A stretch of DNA of 58,245 nucleotides, from positions 1 through 58,245 of IMG/VR virus record IMGVR_UViG_3300025070_000036. The stretch is one strand, 5' to 3'. This document shows positions 45,712 through 55,823 of this stretch, in pieces (positions within the stretch are counted from its first letter, which is position 1; each line of letters opens with the position of its first letter). The translations under genes were made by a program, and so were the position numbers. The notes under the pieces were generated by a model that saw only the letters and a list, made by a program, of their open reading frames with translations, did no database searches and had not been told where the DNA came from. Source of the stretch: a virus (taxonomy: Duplodnaviria > Caudoviricetes).

Positions 45712-48700
45712 TATGTTTCTCCAAGTATTCTTAGTAGCATATCATTTTCATCCTCTACCTGTCCACCCTGTGCGAACCCACTAGCACGAGAAAATGGCCT
45801 TAACGTTTGATTTGCAGGTTGCATAACATCGCGTTGTCCAAATGGAGAGCCAAACATACTTTCTTGTTGCGGTGTAGCAAAGATACTTTCTCCACCAATG
45901 TCATATAAATAGTCTAATTTTACTTTGTCTCCAGACTTAACATCTACACGTTGCCCACCAATATCATCTGATTCAGCTAGTAGTTTTTGGAACTCTGCAA
46001 AATTTTGTTGGTTTGTCTGCGTGTTAATCTGTGTGTTCATGTCCGTTATCATATCAGTAACTGCGTCATTCTTTGTATCCATCTCTGCATACAAGCCAGT
46101 GGCAGGGTTAAACATAGAAGTATCCGCAAAGGTAACATCGTTACCCTGTAGCTTATCTGATAACATGTTCTGGTCGTTTATGTCAACGATACCATCACCT
46201 GTAACATCATACTGCGTAATTAACTCTTCGCTAACGTTTTCTTGCGCAATTAAGTCTATAACAAAGTCTATATCTGTCTCAGTAACCTTCCGCGCAGGTT
46301 TACCAATAAGGTCGGCTATAGTATCTACATCCAAGCCTAATGCGGCTAGATCACTAGAAAGAGTACCTATACTTCCTTCTAACCCACTAATCCCAGTTTC
46401 AAACTTCTCTGTAAGGTTAGCTTCTGTAGTGCCAAGTTCCTCAAGAATGTTAGCTTCAGTAGTCCCTAAATCATCAGCAAGTTCGTCTAATGCAGCGTTA
46501 ACATCGCCGTTATTCTCTTCGATAAGTGCGGTTAGGTTTGTTTCTAAGTTACTAACGCTTTCCTCTACACCACTAATCCCAGTTTCAAATTTGTCTGTGA
46601 GGTTAGCTTCTGTAGTACCAAGCTCCTCAAGTATGCTAGCTTCACCCACTCCCATAGCAGTTGCAAGTTCGTCCAACGCAGCAGAAACATCACCGTTATT
46701 CTCTTCGATAAGTTCAGTTAAGCTTGTTTCTAAGTCGGATATAGCCTCTGCATTTACTCCTGTAGCTTCATCAACTATATCTTGAACATCTTCAGAACTA
46801 AGGTTGTTCATATCTGCTAAGGCATCTTCTATTGCAGAGGATACATCCGCATCACTAAGGTTATTCATGCCCGCTAAAGCATCTTCTATTGCAGAGGATA
46901 CATCTTCAGGACTAGCTGATTCTGGTAAATTGCCTATAGCTGTGTCTATAATATCCTTCACATCATCCGCAGTGAGTGGATCATCTACAGGTTCGGATGG
47001 AATAAGTTCATCAACCGAGTCATCAGGAGTAGGGCCAATCGGCATTGGAAAAATAGCGTCGTCACCTACAGGTTCGGATGGAATAAGTTCACCAAAATCA
47101 TCGTCAGGTATATCAGGAAAAGGAGTAAAATCACTTTCACCCTCTTTTGGGTCTTCAACTGGAAGAGTCCCGCTAGCAGGAGGTTTTACTACCCAACCAC
47201 TACCTTCTACAGGGGTATACCCACTGTTAGGAGCGCTGTAAGTTTCACCTGTAATTTCGTTTACATAATCAACCATAACCGGTGAAGTTATACTTCCCGC
47301 TGGTGGGGGTGTAATCCCATCAGGGACTTCTCCAGAAGATGGTTTATCGCCAAAGGGAGGGCGATTATTGTCAAAAATTGGGTCACTATCCCCCATATCA
47401 GGATAATACCCAGCAAACACGTTGTTGCCGTCTGCATCAGTATAAAACAGAGATTTATCTTCTATTTCTGCTATAGCAGCGTTTAAAGCTTCAGTTTCAT
47501 CAGGGTTTTGCCCTACAAATTTTTCAGCCTGCTCGTCTGTAAGAGTTATGCCCGATGCTTCTGCTGCGGCTTTTACTTCGTCTACGTCTAAATAACGTTT
47601 GTCTATATAACTTGCCACTAACGTAGCGACTTCAGAGTCAGGTCTGTTAGATACAAAAGATTCTATTTCTGCTTCTGTAGGTATATAATCAGGGTTTTGA
47701 TTCTCAAACGCTTTTGCAGCTTCTGCAGTGCTTACATATTGTGTATCATATGAAGTGTTTAGTATGTTGTTTAGTATTACATTGTCTGTAATACCTAGTT
47801 CCCCTAAAGCTGCTACAGCAGCAGTGGAATTACCTGCATTCCCCATTGCATTTATAACGCTTGAGTTAACTGACATCAATGTATCAGCTACTGCGTTACC
47901 AGTGTAGATACCTCCTGAAGTTCCCGCACCCGTCAGTTTACCAAGTATTGCTGACCCAGTAACATTACCCGCTACATCGTATGTCGGGTCAATCATAGCC
48001 AAAGACATACCGGTTATAAGTTGTGGTAAACCTTCTTCAATACTTTCAGTGACACCTTCTTTTACAGTTACTGTACCACCTTCTTTTATTTTCTTAAACA
48101 ACGCGTTAAACGCACCTGTTGAAACATCATCAACTTTGTCCCCAAGAACAGATTTTGCAAGAGCTTGTCCACCAATGCCAGCAGTTGCAGCTAGGGTTAT
48201 AACTGCAGTAGTACCCGCCGCTTGCGCAATATCAATAGCATAATCCGTTGCTTCTTGTTCGGACATCCCAGTCTTTATTGCTGTAGCATATGCTTCGTCG
48301 AACGCCCCTGCCGCTGTACCCCCAAAAGCTTCGGTTGCATCTAAAGTAAGAGCTGTCCCAAGTTTTGCCTTAGTAGCTATTTTTGTAGCATATGCTTCTC
48401 CAGCTTCTAGCAAACCTTTTTTAGCTAGATTGCCTACACCGCCAGATGCAAGTAGAAGAGGTACTTCTTGTATTATTTCTTTAACAACGTACTCAGACAA
48501 AAATTCTACAGGGTTATCCCATGCAGCACCATATATAGCTTGTGCCTTTAATAGCACTTTCTTAGCAGTAGAGGGTTCTTGCCCCGGATTATCTTCCCGC
48601 CACTGTTTATCGTAGTCTGCCATTGCATCATCTATTTCTCCAAGAGCATTTGCATACTCTTCAGATCGTAAGTCACCGCTAGCACTAATCAAGTTATCTG

Positions 48701-51059
48701 CAAATTTACCCAGACTGTTATTGGGGTTTGATCCTGCGAGTACAGCCAACCCAGATATAGCTTTTAGCGTTTCGCCCGTTGCTCCACCTATTATACTTGC
48801 GGTGTTTTCTATAACGTCTTTTGCACCTTCAGATACGTAGGCATCGTAAACTTTTTTAGACGCGTCATATATAGGAGTTCCTACGTATTCATCTAAAAGT
48901 TTTCCTGCTGCTGACCCTAAATCTAAAACCGCACTCATAAACCCAGAAGGTATATTTTCGCCTGCATCTACTTTTTTCTTTATTAAATCTGGTAAAGACA
49001 CTGGGGGTAAAACTTCTTCTGATATTAGACCACTACCATTTGGGTATTCTATCTTTGTAACATTACCTTCTGCATCTTTTGTGAGTACAGCATCTTCAGG
49101 TACACTTTTTGCTAACCCGTTAAACATTATTTCTTTGTAGTAATTAGTTTCTCCGGTTAATGCGTCGTATATACCACCTAACTTACCATCAACAAACTCT
49201 GGTTTTTGCCATACGTATTCATTGTTAACGTTAACTAGCTTTGCGTCTCCGTTAGCAATATCTACTGCCGATACTCCTTCACCTTTCGGATACGTTTTTA
49301 CCACTTCACCTGAAGTAAGACTTGCTATTGTCTTTAATTCATTACTAAAGGATTCAAAATCTATGCCTGTAATAGACTCAGGATTTTTTATTTCTTTTAC
49401 AACGTAATCTAATGCGGCTTGCAGTTGATCAGGATTTAGATTTTCTACGTTTATACCTTTATTAGCTAAAGATTGTTTTAACACCGTGTCGTGAAACTTA
49501 TCTAGCATAGTGGCAAAACCGCTTGCATTTGTAGGTAGTTTTTGACTATTTTCTAGGAAATGTCCGTACACGTCTGTGTCAGCATCTAATCCGTGATAAG
49601 CTTTGTATGCGTCTTCATCAAAATCGTTACTCAAAGAAAGAGCTATAGATTTATTTATGGCAGCAGTTGCAGGTTTTAACGTCTCATTGAAGTCTTCATA
49701 CTTAGTATTCATATACTTTAGAGATGTATCATACTCAGAAGTAGCAATATCAAACTCAGTTTTTGCGTCAGGTAGTTGTGCAATGTAGTCTGCATGTGTT
49801 TTGTTGTATGCGTCTAATGCGGGTTTGTATGATACTTCATAATCAGTTGCTAAGTTATCTTTAAACGTATTGTAAGCGTCAGCAGCTTCATTTACTGAAT
49901 TTTTTAAGTTGTCAACAAACTCTGCCGAGTATGGGTTATCCGAACTCATTATGTTTTTGGCGTCATCAAGAATAGCTTTTTTGTCTAAATATTTTTGTTT
50001 TAGCTCATCTTGTTTTGTAATCTTGCCGTTAAGCTCATCTAATAAATCGTTATGTGCATTTTCTGTAACAGATATGTCGTTTATTATTTTGTTATATGCT
50101 TTTGTTTTTTCATCTAAAGCTAAAGCTTTTTCTTCTGTGGCCTTGTAAGCACCACTAACTTTATCTATCGCAGTATTTACGGGTTTATCAATAACTGTTT
50201 TTAACGCTTCTGCACCTGCAGCGGAAATAGAATTAAAGAACGCTTCGCCTGCAGCGTCAGGGTTACCAAGTATTGTTTTTGTAACAGCGGAAGTTACTGC
50301 GTTAGTTAATATAGCTGCTTGAGCCGCATCAAACCCAGCGTTTTCTTGTAAGAATTTTGACATAGTGCCGCCGATAGCAGCGTTTTTCATTATTACGTTA
50401 GACATTGCTTCAGGGGTCAATGCACCTCCGCTTATCTCAGCAGAAACACCAGCGTATATAGAATCTTTGACTCCATCATTTAGATCATCATAGGTACTAC
50501 CAAATTTTTCTTTCATAGTGGTGCTGATTTTGCCTAAACTCGCAGCAACAAAAGCGTTTGCACCACCTGTAACAAAAGCTTTCAAAGGGTCTTGTCCGTA
50601 TACAAGTGCAGTTGTTGCAGACTTCGTACCTGCTTTAACAATATTACTTACAGTAGATGCTGTACTTGCCGATACACTTGCCCCAAGCGCCTCTGTAGCA
50701 GTTGCAGATGCGGCAGTACCTACAGCAGAACCCGCTGCACTAGCGACATAAGATACAGCCGCGGCTTTTGCGGCGTCTTCAAGATCACCACCATCAGCTA
50801 AAACCGCTGCACCATCAATAAGGGGTATTAAGTGTACATTACCTGTAGCTATGGCAGCTATAGTGGCTATGGTCTTTAATGGGTCTTCACCTGCCGCTTC
50901 AAGTATATCTTGTCCCATATCTACAACGGGATCAACTATTTCATCAACAGCCCAATCAATAGCATCTTCTGTTACGTCTATGATCGGTTGAATAATTTCA
51001 TCGTCGATTTTATAGCCAACATCTTTAATTGCATCTTCAATAAAACTACAACAACCCAT
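45711..51059 (-). CDS. Large acidic internal/ejection protein with internal repeats
   Basis: 1782 aa; Ala-rich hydrophobic segments, coiled coil, repeats, DVTGDGIVDIND loop, C-terminal FAQGG. Confidence 0.7.
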   Translation of the reverse strand: MGCCSFIEDAIKDVGYKIDDEIIQPIIDVTEDAIDWAVDEIVDPVVDMGQDILEAAGEDPLKTIATIAAIATGNVHLIPLIDGAAVLADGGDLEDAAKAAAVSYVASAAGSAVGTAASATATEALGASVSASTASTVSNIVKAGTKSATTALVYGQDPLKAFVTGGANAFVAASLGKISTTMKEKFGSTYDDLNDGVKDSIYAGVSAEISGGALTPEAMSNVIMKNAAIGGTMSKFLQENAGFDAAQAAILTNAVTSAVTKTILGNPDAAGEAFFNSISAAGAEALKTVIDKPVNTAIDKVSGAYKATEEKALALDEKTKAYNKIINDISVTENAHNDLLDELNGKITKQDELKQKYLDKKAILDDAKNIMSSDNPYSAEFVDNLKNSVNEAADAYNTFKDNLATDYEVSYKPALDAYNKTHADYIAQLPDAKTEFDIATSEYDTSLKYMNTKYEDFNETLKPATAAINKSIALSLSNDFDEDAYKAYHGLDADTDVYGHFLENSQKLPTNASGFATMLDKFHDTVLKQSLANKGINVENLNPDQLQAALDYVVKEIKNPESITGIDFESFSNELKTIASLTSGEVVKTYPKGEGVSAVDIANGDAKLVNVNNEYVWQKPEFVDGKLGGIYDALTGETNYYKEIMFNGLAKSVPEDAVLTKDAEGNVTKIEYPNGSGLISEEVLPPVSLPDLIKKKVDAGENIPSGFMSAVLDLGSAAGKLLDEYVGTPIYDASKKVYDAYVSEGAKDVIENTASIIGGATGETLKAISGLAVLAGSNPNNSLGKFADNLISASGDLRSEEYANALGEIDDAMADYDKQWREDNPGQEPSTAKKVLLKAQAIYGAAWDNPVEFLSEYVVKEIIQEVPLLLASGGVGNLAKKGLLEAGEAYATKIATKAKLGTALTLDATEAFGGTAAGAFDEAYATAIKTGMSEQEATDYAIDIAQAAGTTAVITLAATAGIGGQALAKSVLGDKVDDVSTGAFNALFKKIKEGGTVTVKEGVTESIEEGLPQLITGMSLAMIDPTYDVAGNVTGSAILGKLTGAGTSGGIYTGNAVADTLMSVNSSVINAMGNAGNSTAAVAALGELGITDNVILNNILNTSYDTQYVSTAEAAKAFENQNPDYIPTEAEIESFVSNRPDSEVATLVASYIDKRYLDVDEVKAAAEASGITLTDEQAEKFVGQNPDETEALNAAIAEIEDKSLFYTDADGNNVFAGYYPDMGDSDPIFDNNRPPFGDKPSSGEVPDGITPPPAGSITSPVMVDYVNEITGETYSAPNSGYTPVEGSGWVVKPPASGTLPVEDPKEGESDFTPFPDIPDDDFGELIPSEPVGDDAIFPMPIGPTPDDSVDELIPSEPVDDPLTADDVKDIIDTAIGNLPESASPEDVSSAIEDALAGMNNLSDADVSSAIEDALADMNNLSSEDVQDIVDEATGVNAEAISDLETSLTELIEENNGDVSAALDELATAMGVGEASILEELGTTEANLTDKFETGISGVEESVSNLETNLTALIEENNGDVNAALDELADDLGTTEANILEELGTTEANLTEKFETGISGLEGSIGTLSSDLAALGLDVDTIADLIGKPARKVTETDIDFVIDLIAQENVSEELITQYDVTGDGIVDINDQNMLSDKLQGNDVTFADTSMFNPATGLYAEMDTKNDAVTDMITDMNTQINTQTNQQNFAEFQKLLAESDDIGGQRVDVKSGDKVKLDYLYDIGGESIFATPQQESMFGSPFGQRDVMQPANQTLRPFSRASGFAQGGQVEDENDMLLRILGET
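46384..47091 (-). repeat. Three in-frame tandem duplications in the 1782-aa gene (periods 186, 57 and 81 nt)
   Basis: 46384/46570 (LGTTEANLTxKFETGISG), 46822/46879 (DVSSAIEDALA), 46985/47066 (ELIPSEPV). Confidence 0.85.
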
Positions 51060-51062
51060 AAG

Positions 51063-51527
51063 CTACACCTCTTCTGGACTAGGGAAAATTCTAAAGTAAA
51101 CCCTATAGCCGTTTTTATTTTTAAATTTGCTTACACCAACACGTATACCAGAATCTTCCAGACGTTTAGTTACTGATTTTATCGCAGGTAGGTAAAAGTC
51201 ATCGTCTATATCAAAAGAGAAATGTGTTACTCCTTTGTCTTGCAATATTTTTAGGTATTGTACGTAGTTTACTATCATGTTTCGTGCAGTATCAACATTA
51301 AACATACGTCCAACCATTTTGTTTTTGTTGGCTTTTTTACCTTTATGCGCTAAGAATACACTGTTACCTACCTGTACAACATCAGCAGTTTCCATAGTCA
51401 TTTCTTTAGCCACAGCTAACAATCGTGCTTGGTCACTGTGTTTACTCCCAGTAGTATTTTTTAAAGCCAACATAACAACACTAGGTGTAGGTAGGGGTTC
51501 TTGTTTACTATCTACTACAGTTTCCAT
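51063..51527 (-). CDS. Hypothetical protein, possibly GNAT-fold
   Basis: GGAGGT RBS; occupies the position between tail and ejection genes where podoviruses often carry an acetyltransferase-like gene. The fold is inferred only. Confidence 0.5.
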   Translation of the reverse strand: METVVDSKQEPLPTPSVVMLALKNTTGSKHSDQARLLAVAKEMTMETADVVQVGNSVFLAHKGKKANKNKMVGRMFNVDTARNMIVNYVQYLKILQDKGVTHFSFDIDDDFYLPAIKSVTKRLEDSGIRVGVSKFKNKNGYRVYFRIFPSPEEV

Positions 51528-51604
51528 TATGTGACCTCCGTAGAAAAGTAATAAGAGTTTGAGGTACTGTACCGCAGTTTAAGTTATTTGGCAACATTCC
51601 TACC

Positions 51605-52225
51605 TCACACATTACTTATGAATGTTATTGCAACCGAAGCTGATGCTACCGCAGGTCTTGGAGATGCTGCTGCATGTGCGTGCAACTCTACGTTAGTGTT
51701 ATCTGTAGACCAAAACACTTCAACATAATCATCAGCTACAAGACCAACAGACCCGTTCCAGTTAGCTATGTCCTTCTTACCACTACCACTTATGCTATAC
51801 TCATGGTCACTATACACCACATCTGTACCGTTTTTCTTCACCCATATCGACACGCTCTTTGCTGACGAATTTGTAGATTCTAACTGCAAAGTTGCTTTTA
51901 TGTGGTACACCCCCGGGTTTGTAACCGTAATTCTGGAGTTACTAACTACACTTATCGCACTGCTAGCTCGTGTGGTGTTGAACGTAACTGCATACCCTGT
52001 GTTAACGACTGAAGCTGTTTGGTCTACAGTGCTATAAAACACTCCGTAGGGCATATATAAGAACTTACCTCCTACATCAGTGCTAAGTAAAGTATTTACT
52101 GTGTTGACAAGGCGGTTGAAAAACAAACGTAGCACGTTGCTATTTTGGTCCATATACGGACGTTCGTAACCTTCAGGTGCTAAAGGAAGCGCAGGTGTAG
52201 CTACCTTGTCAATTTCGTTAGGCAT
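51605..52225 (-). CDS. Tail-associated protein with C1q/TNF-like C-terminal domain
   Basis: LPLAPEGYE...LRLFFN; SRITVTNPGVYHI...IWVKKNG...DYVEVFW. Confidence 0.65.
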   Translation of the reverse strand: MPNEIDKVATPALPLAPEGYERPYMDQNSNVLRLFFNRLVNTVNTLLSTDVGGKFLYMPYGVFYSTVDQTASVVNTGYAVTFNTTRASSAISVVSNSRITVTNPGVYHIKATLQLESTNSSAKSVSIWVKKNGTDVVYSDHEYSISGSGKKDIANWNGSVGLVADDYVEVFWSTDNTNVELHAHAAASPRPAVASASVAITFISNV

Positions 52226-54072
52226 TACCTTCTCCCGTCAGGGCGCATGTCAATTCGTGGCGAACCAAGCTGCCATGTAACACCTTCTCCAGTAGATTCT
52301 ATTTTCATAGCAAGCTGTCTACCTCGCACGCGAGTGTATATTTGTCCCGTGTAAGATTCTACAGGTAGCACAGCCGTACGTGTTATCGTACGTGAATTAT
52401 TGCCGCCCTCTGATGCAGGGCTGTTATACCCAGACCCAGAGTTAGCCAATGGTAGTAGGGTCATAGTCGCACTAGGTGACCCCACAGTAGACCCGTCAAA
52501 CCGGATGTCTGGTAGTACACGCCATATAAACGCAAACTGATGTCCGTCTTCTAAGTCAAATTCAGCAGAAGCCACGTAAGCATGTATTGCTGCAGTAGTT
52601 GCTGTTTCATTGTCGTCTACACCTTCTTCGTGGTTTACAAGGTTGTATGTATACGTAGCCGCTAGTGGGTTACCACGTAGCCCTGAATCAAGCCAAGCAG
52701 TACGAGCCATTGTGCCATAATACCAAATATCTTCTAAATAGTTATACACTACATACCGGTCTACGTCTGTTTGATCTGCGGAACAGTAGAACCACCACAC
52801 TTCATGGTAAGACTCGTTAGTGCCTGCAAACACCTGATCGTATTGCTGTTCGTTAAAGTCACCAAAGATAAACTTGCGCAAATCGCACCGTAGTGGTTGT
52901 GTACGCCCATCGTATTTGTAGAACTTATCCTTACCCATCCAGTAGGCTACACCATTTGCATATGCTACACAGTTCTGGGACGCTGTAGATATGTTTTCAC
53001 CTACAAGCTGTGCTGCCCAAACCACAGGAGCGCCCACATACTGCAGGGAATATAACGCTGCATCAGTCCACACTAGAACCTCTTGGCGAGCTTGTTTGGA
53101 AGCTATAATTTCAGTACCACGAGATAACGTAAGAAATCCTGCCTGTGATGTAACAGAGGGTGTCCAATCTACTGCACTACCTTGATCTGACCACCGTATC
53201 AACATTGGGTTGATCGTAGCTGACCCAAACTCATTTGCACCAAACGCAAAAACAAAACGGTTAATATCTGATATTTCTAGTATACGTTGGCTAGTAGGCA
53301 CGTTACTAGCACCCCCAACAGTTGACAGTCCTACTGCACGCGAAGTTAGCCCACTGGTTGCATCCCAGTAGTATATAGGCCCACCGCGAGGTCCAAAGAT
53401 AAGGTCTTCACCAAAGTTAGATTGGCTCCATAGACGTATAGATTCCGTAGATGTACCACCTACACCCCACGTACCAGAACCCCATGAAGATGCACTCCAC
53501 CCAGTTAACGGAACAGCAAAGGCTGACCCTACGTTAATCTGATACTTTGCGGTAACAGTACCACCACCTGTTGCACTAGAAGAAGCCGCTGCTCCTGCAT
53601 CTATTGTGTATTCGTTAGTGGTGGTAGTAACTGTTAACTGATATTCACCGTTAAGTGTAAGTCCCCCTACTGCACTAGCTCCACTATATGTAACAAAGTC
53701 TCCGTCTGTATAACCACCAGCCGCATCAGTTACGACAACGATAGGAGAACCTGAAGTTGTTTCAAACGGGTTAGTTAACGTCACTGTAGCACGTAATGGG
53801 GTGATGTCATTGTACGCCCCACCGTTTTCAATGTAGAATTTTAAGTTAGTACCCACACCAATAAGGTTTTGACTACCTAAAGTTACCCAGTTCCATAGTG
53901 ACCTAGCTACGCCTTGAAATACTGTAGCAGATATACGTTGCCAACCACCTATCTTTTCAGGTGTACCTTGTCTAAAACGTATTTTATCGCACTCGTACCA
54001 GCCACCTTCGCTCGTATAACGTGTGTTTTCACGGTTCACACCAGACTTCAAAAGTAGCTTTTTTAGGGGCAT
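52225..54072 (-). CDS. Tail nozzle / stabilisation protein (P22 gp10-like beta-propeller); start MPLKK at 54072
   Basis: GWYECDKIRFRQGTPEKIGGW, WSQSNFGEDL, IRWSDQ, RVRGRQ...RPDGRR. Confidence 0.75.
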   Translation of the reverse strand: MPLKKLLLKSGVNRENTRYTSEGGWYECDKIRFRQGTPEKIGGWQRISATVFQGVARSLWNWVTLGSQNLIGVGTNLKFYIENGGAYNDITPLRATVTLTNPFETTSGSPIVVVTDAAGGYTDGDFVTYSGASAVGGLTLNGEYQLTVTTTTNEYTIDAGAAASSSATGGGTVTAKYQINVGSAFAVPLTGWSASSWGSGTWGVGGTSTESIRLWSQSNFGEDLIFGPRGGPIYYWDATSGLTSRAVGLSTVGGASNVPTSQRILEISDINRFVFAFGANEFGSATINPMLIRWSDQGSAVDWTPSVTSQAGFLTLSRGTEIIASKQARQEVLVWTDAALYSLQYVGAPVVWAAQLVGENISTASQNCVAYANGVAYWMGKDKFYKYDGRTQPLRCDLRKFIFGDFNEQQYDQVFAGTNESYHEVWWFYCSADQTDVDRYVVYNYLEDIWYYGTMARTAWLDSGLRGNPLAATYTYNLVNHEEGVDDNETATTAAIHAYVASAEFDLEDGHQFAFIWRVLPDIRFDGSTVGSPSATMTLLPLANSGSGYNSPASEGGNNSRTITRTAVLPVESYTGQIYTRVRGRQLAMKIESTGEGVTWQLGSPRIDMRPDGRR

Positions 54073-54073
54073 T

Positions 54074-54583
54074 TTATACCATCTCCAACGCTTGATGTAG
54101 AGTTTCTTTGTTGCGGCGCGTCCAGCCACGTCCAAATGTTTCAAACGTCTTTAAACTCTTATAGAAGTCCTGACGAACGCCGTAAACATAATTTATTATT
54201 TCTTTTGGGTCTTTCTCCATGATAAGACCTATCGTAGCTGGCCCTATGGCTCCGTCTTGAGTAGCCCCGACTGCACGTTGAATAGCTTTGGAAGGTCTAC
54301 TTTTTCCGGAATTTACAGCCCAATCGAAGGCGCACCAGTCTACCCCAGAAGGAAGTTGATCGCCTTTGACTCGATCCCAATAGTTCTTTTTATATATCGG
54401 GCCTACATCTTCAGGTGTTAAGTCACGCATTTCTTGTTCTGTAGACTCACGACCAACCCACTCGTCATACACTTTTTTAGTAACTCCCAAATTTGTGATA
54501 CCTCCGGGGTCATCGGGATGATTTACAAATCCTCCTTCGTGAGCAAGAAGCATTTTTAAGCATTTATCAAAGTTCTCTTTCAT
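54074..54583 (-). CDS. Endolysin, glycoside hydrolase family 108 plus peptidoglycan-binding domain
   Basis: HEGGFVNHPDDPGGITNLG, FDWAVNSG, FGRGWTRR. Confidence 0.92.
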   Translation of the reverse strand: MKENFDKCLKMLLAHEGGFVNHPDDPGGITNLGVTKKVYDEWVGRESTEQEMRDLTPEDVGPIYKKNYWDRVKGDQLPSGVDWCAFDWAVNSGKSRPSKAIQRAVGATQDGAIGPATIGLIMEKDPKEIINYVYGVRQDFYKSLKTFETFGRGWTRRNKETLHQALEMV

Positions 54584-54984
54584 TTTGTAATTCCTTGTTT
54601 CTTTTCATAGCTACGAAGTCCGCCCAATCCGAGCATTCCCATCATAACAGTCATTAAACTACCCATATCAAACTCTGGTAATGCAGGTATATCAACACCA
54701 GCGGCAGTTACACCAAACACGATTAATGGCTGCAATACAAAGTGGTATGCAAAAGCAACACCGCACACCCAACCTATGAATGGCCGCCACCCACCTTTGA
54801 ACAAAGAACCTGATGCAGCTTCAGCTTTGTTTATTTCTAATTGACCCATTAAAGCTTGCTGGGCATGATTATCGGACATCGTAGCGATCTCGTGGGCTAA
54901 CTTAGCCTTTTGATCTTTGTCCTCAATAACTTTGTCTAATAGCCCAGTAACAGGTCCTACTAGATTACTTACAAGACTCATCAT
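54580..54984 (-). CDS. Holin (GTA 3TM-holin-like)
   Basis: INKAEA...GGWRPFIGWVC...MLGLGGLRSYEK; adjacent to the endolysin. Confidence 0.85.
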   Translation of the reverse strand: MMSLVSNLVGPVTGLLDKVIEDKDQKAKLAHEIATMSDNHAQQALMGQLEINKAEAASGSLFKGGWRPFIGWVCGVAFAYHFVLQPLIVFGVTAAGVDIPALPEFDMGSLMTVMMGMLGLGGLRSYEKKQGITK

Positions 54985-55304
54985 TCGTTATTCGCCTTTC
55001 CTTTTGTGTAGGCTTCTTTACCATAGAAAGCGGCAACGATAGCAGCTACAGAAACAAAATACACACCAGCAATAGAAGCTAGTGAGTTCATGGCTTCATC
55101 AAGATTAGCCACGTTACAAATAATTATAGACAGTGGGTATAGCAACATACCAAACAAAGCGAACCACGCCATCTTGCGCTGGGCATCTCTTTGTGCATCG
55201 TCATCTAGCATTTTTAAGCGCTTATCCTCAAACGCCATGCGATCCCATTCAGCTTGGTCTATCGAACCATTACCGTCTACATCAGCTTTTTCAAACTCAG
55301 TCAT
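54981..55304 (-). CDS. Two-TM membrane protein with an N-terminal EF-hand loop
   Basis: DVDGNGSIDQAE is a canonical 12-residue EF-hand loop; two hydrophobic helices; AGGAGA RBS. Confidence 0.75.
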   Translation of the reverse strand: MTEFEKADVDGNGSIDQAEWDRMAFEDKRLKMLDDDAQRDAQRKMAWFALFGMLLYPLSIIICNVANLDEAMNSLASIAGVYFVSVAAIVAAFYGKEAYTKGKANNE

Positions 55305-55313
55305 ATTAGTCTC

Positions 55314-55823
55314 CTAATCAGCAAGGGGGTTGTCTAATGCCCTTTGTAGTTTATCCATTAACTTTTCTTCAAGTTCTTTCATATCACCGCTTTGCGATAC
55401 TCTAACACGTTCTCGTTGATTTTCAAAGCGAACTTCTGCGCTGTCTATCATCTTACGCACTTTGTCTTCAGATTCACGTACCATGTCCTCCACACGATCT
55501 GTCTGCTTCTCAATGCTCAATATGTCCGAACGTAATCCGTTCTTAATGTCACGACTATATTCTACGGATTCTTCTACCTTTTCCGCAATACCCGTGACTT
55601 TTGCATCCATAACATCCATCGCTTGTTGATAAGCACCTAGGTCTAGCCCCGCGACCTCTTCTATCTTTTGGTACATGACGAACCCACCATATAGACCACC
55701 TACAACTGTAGATAAGAACGCAAAGATAGCCACAATAGAGCCAAACGATAACTTCATGCCGCCTGCCTTAAACTCACGATCTGCAAGCCCATCTATATTA
55801 TCTGCTATTTTGGTAGTATCCAT
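55314..55823 (-). CDS. Single-TM coiled-coil membrane protein
   Basis: SFGSIVAIFAFLSTVVGGLYGGF followed by heptads; ends ALDNPLA. Confidence 0.75.
   Translation of the reverse strand: MDTTKIADNIDGLADREFKAGGMKLSFGSIVAIFAFLSTVVGGLYGGFVMYQKIEEVAGLDLGAYQQAMDVMDAKVTGIAEKVEESVEYSRDIKNGLRSDILSIEKQTDRVEDMVRESEDKVRKMIDSAEVRFENQRERVRVSQSGDMKELEEKLMDKLQRALDNPLAD

Noticed and set aside
39406-47241. Long plus-strand ORFs (270, 284, 276 and 286 aa and others) opposite the ejection genes
   Set aside because: Ser/Phe/Leu-rich antisense frames produced by codon bias of the real genes
35388-51059. Virion RNA polymerase (N4- or crAss-like) among the giant proteins, which would make the palindromes hairpin promoters
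   Set aside because: No DxDGD or T7-like RNAP motifs recognised, and strong sigma70 promoters are present. A structure search would be needed to exclude it fully.
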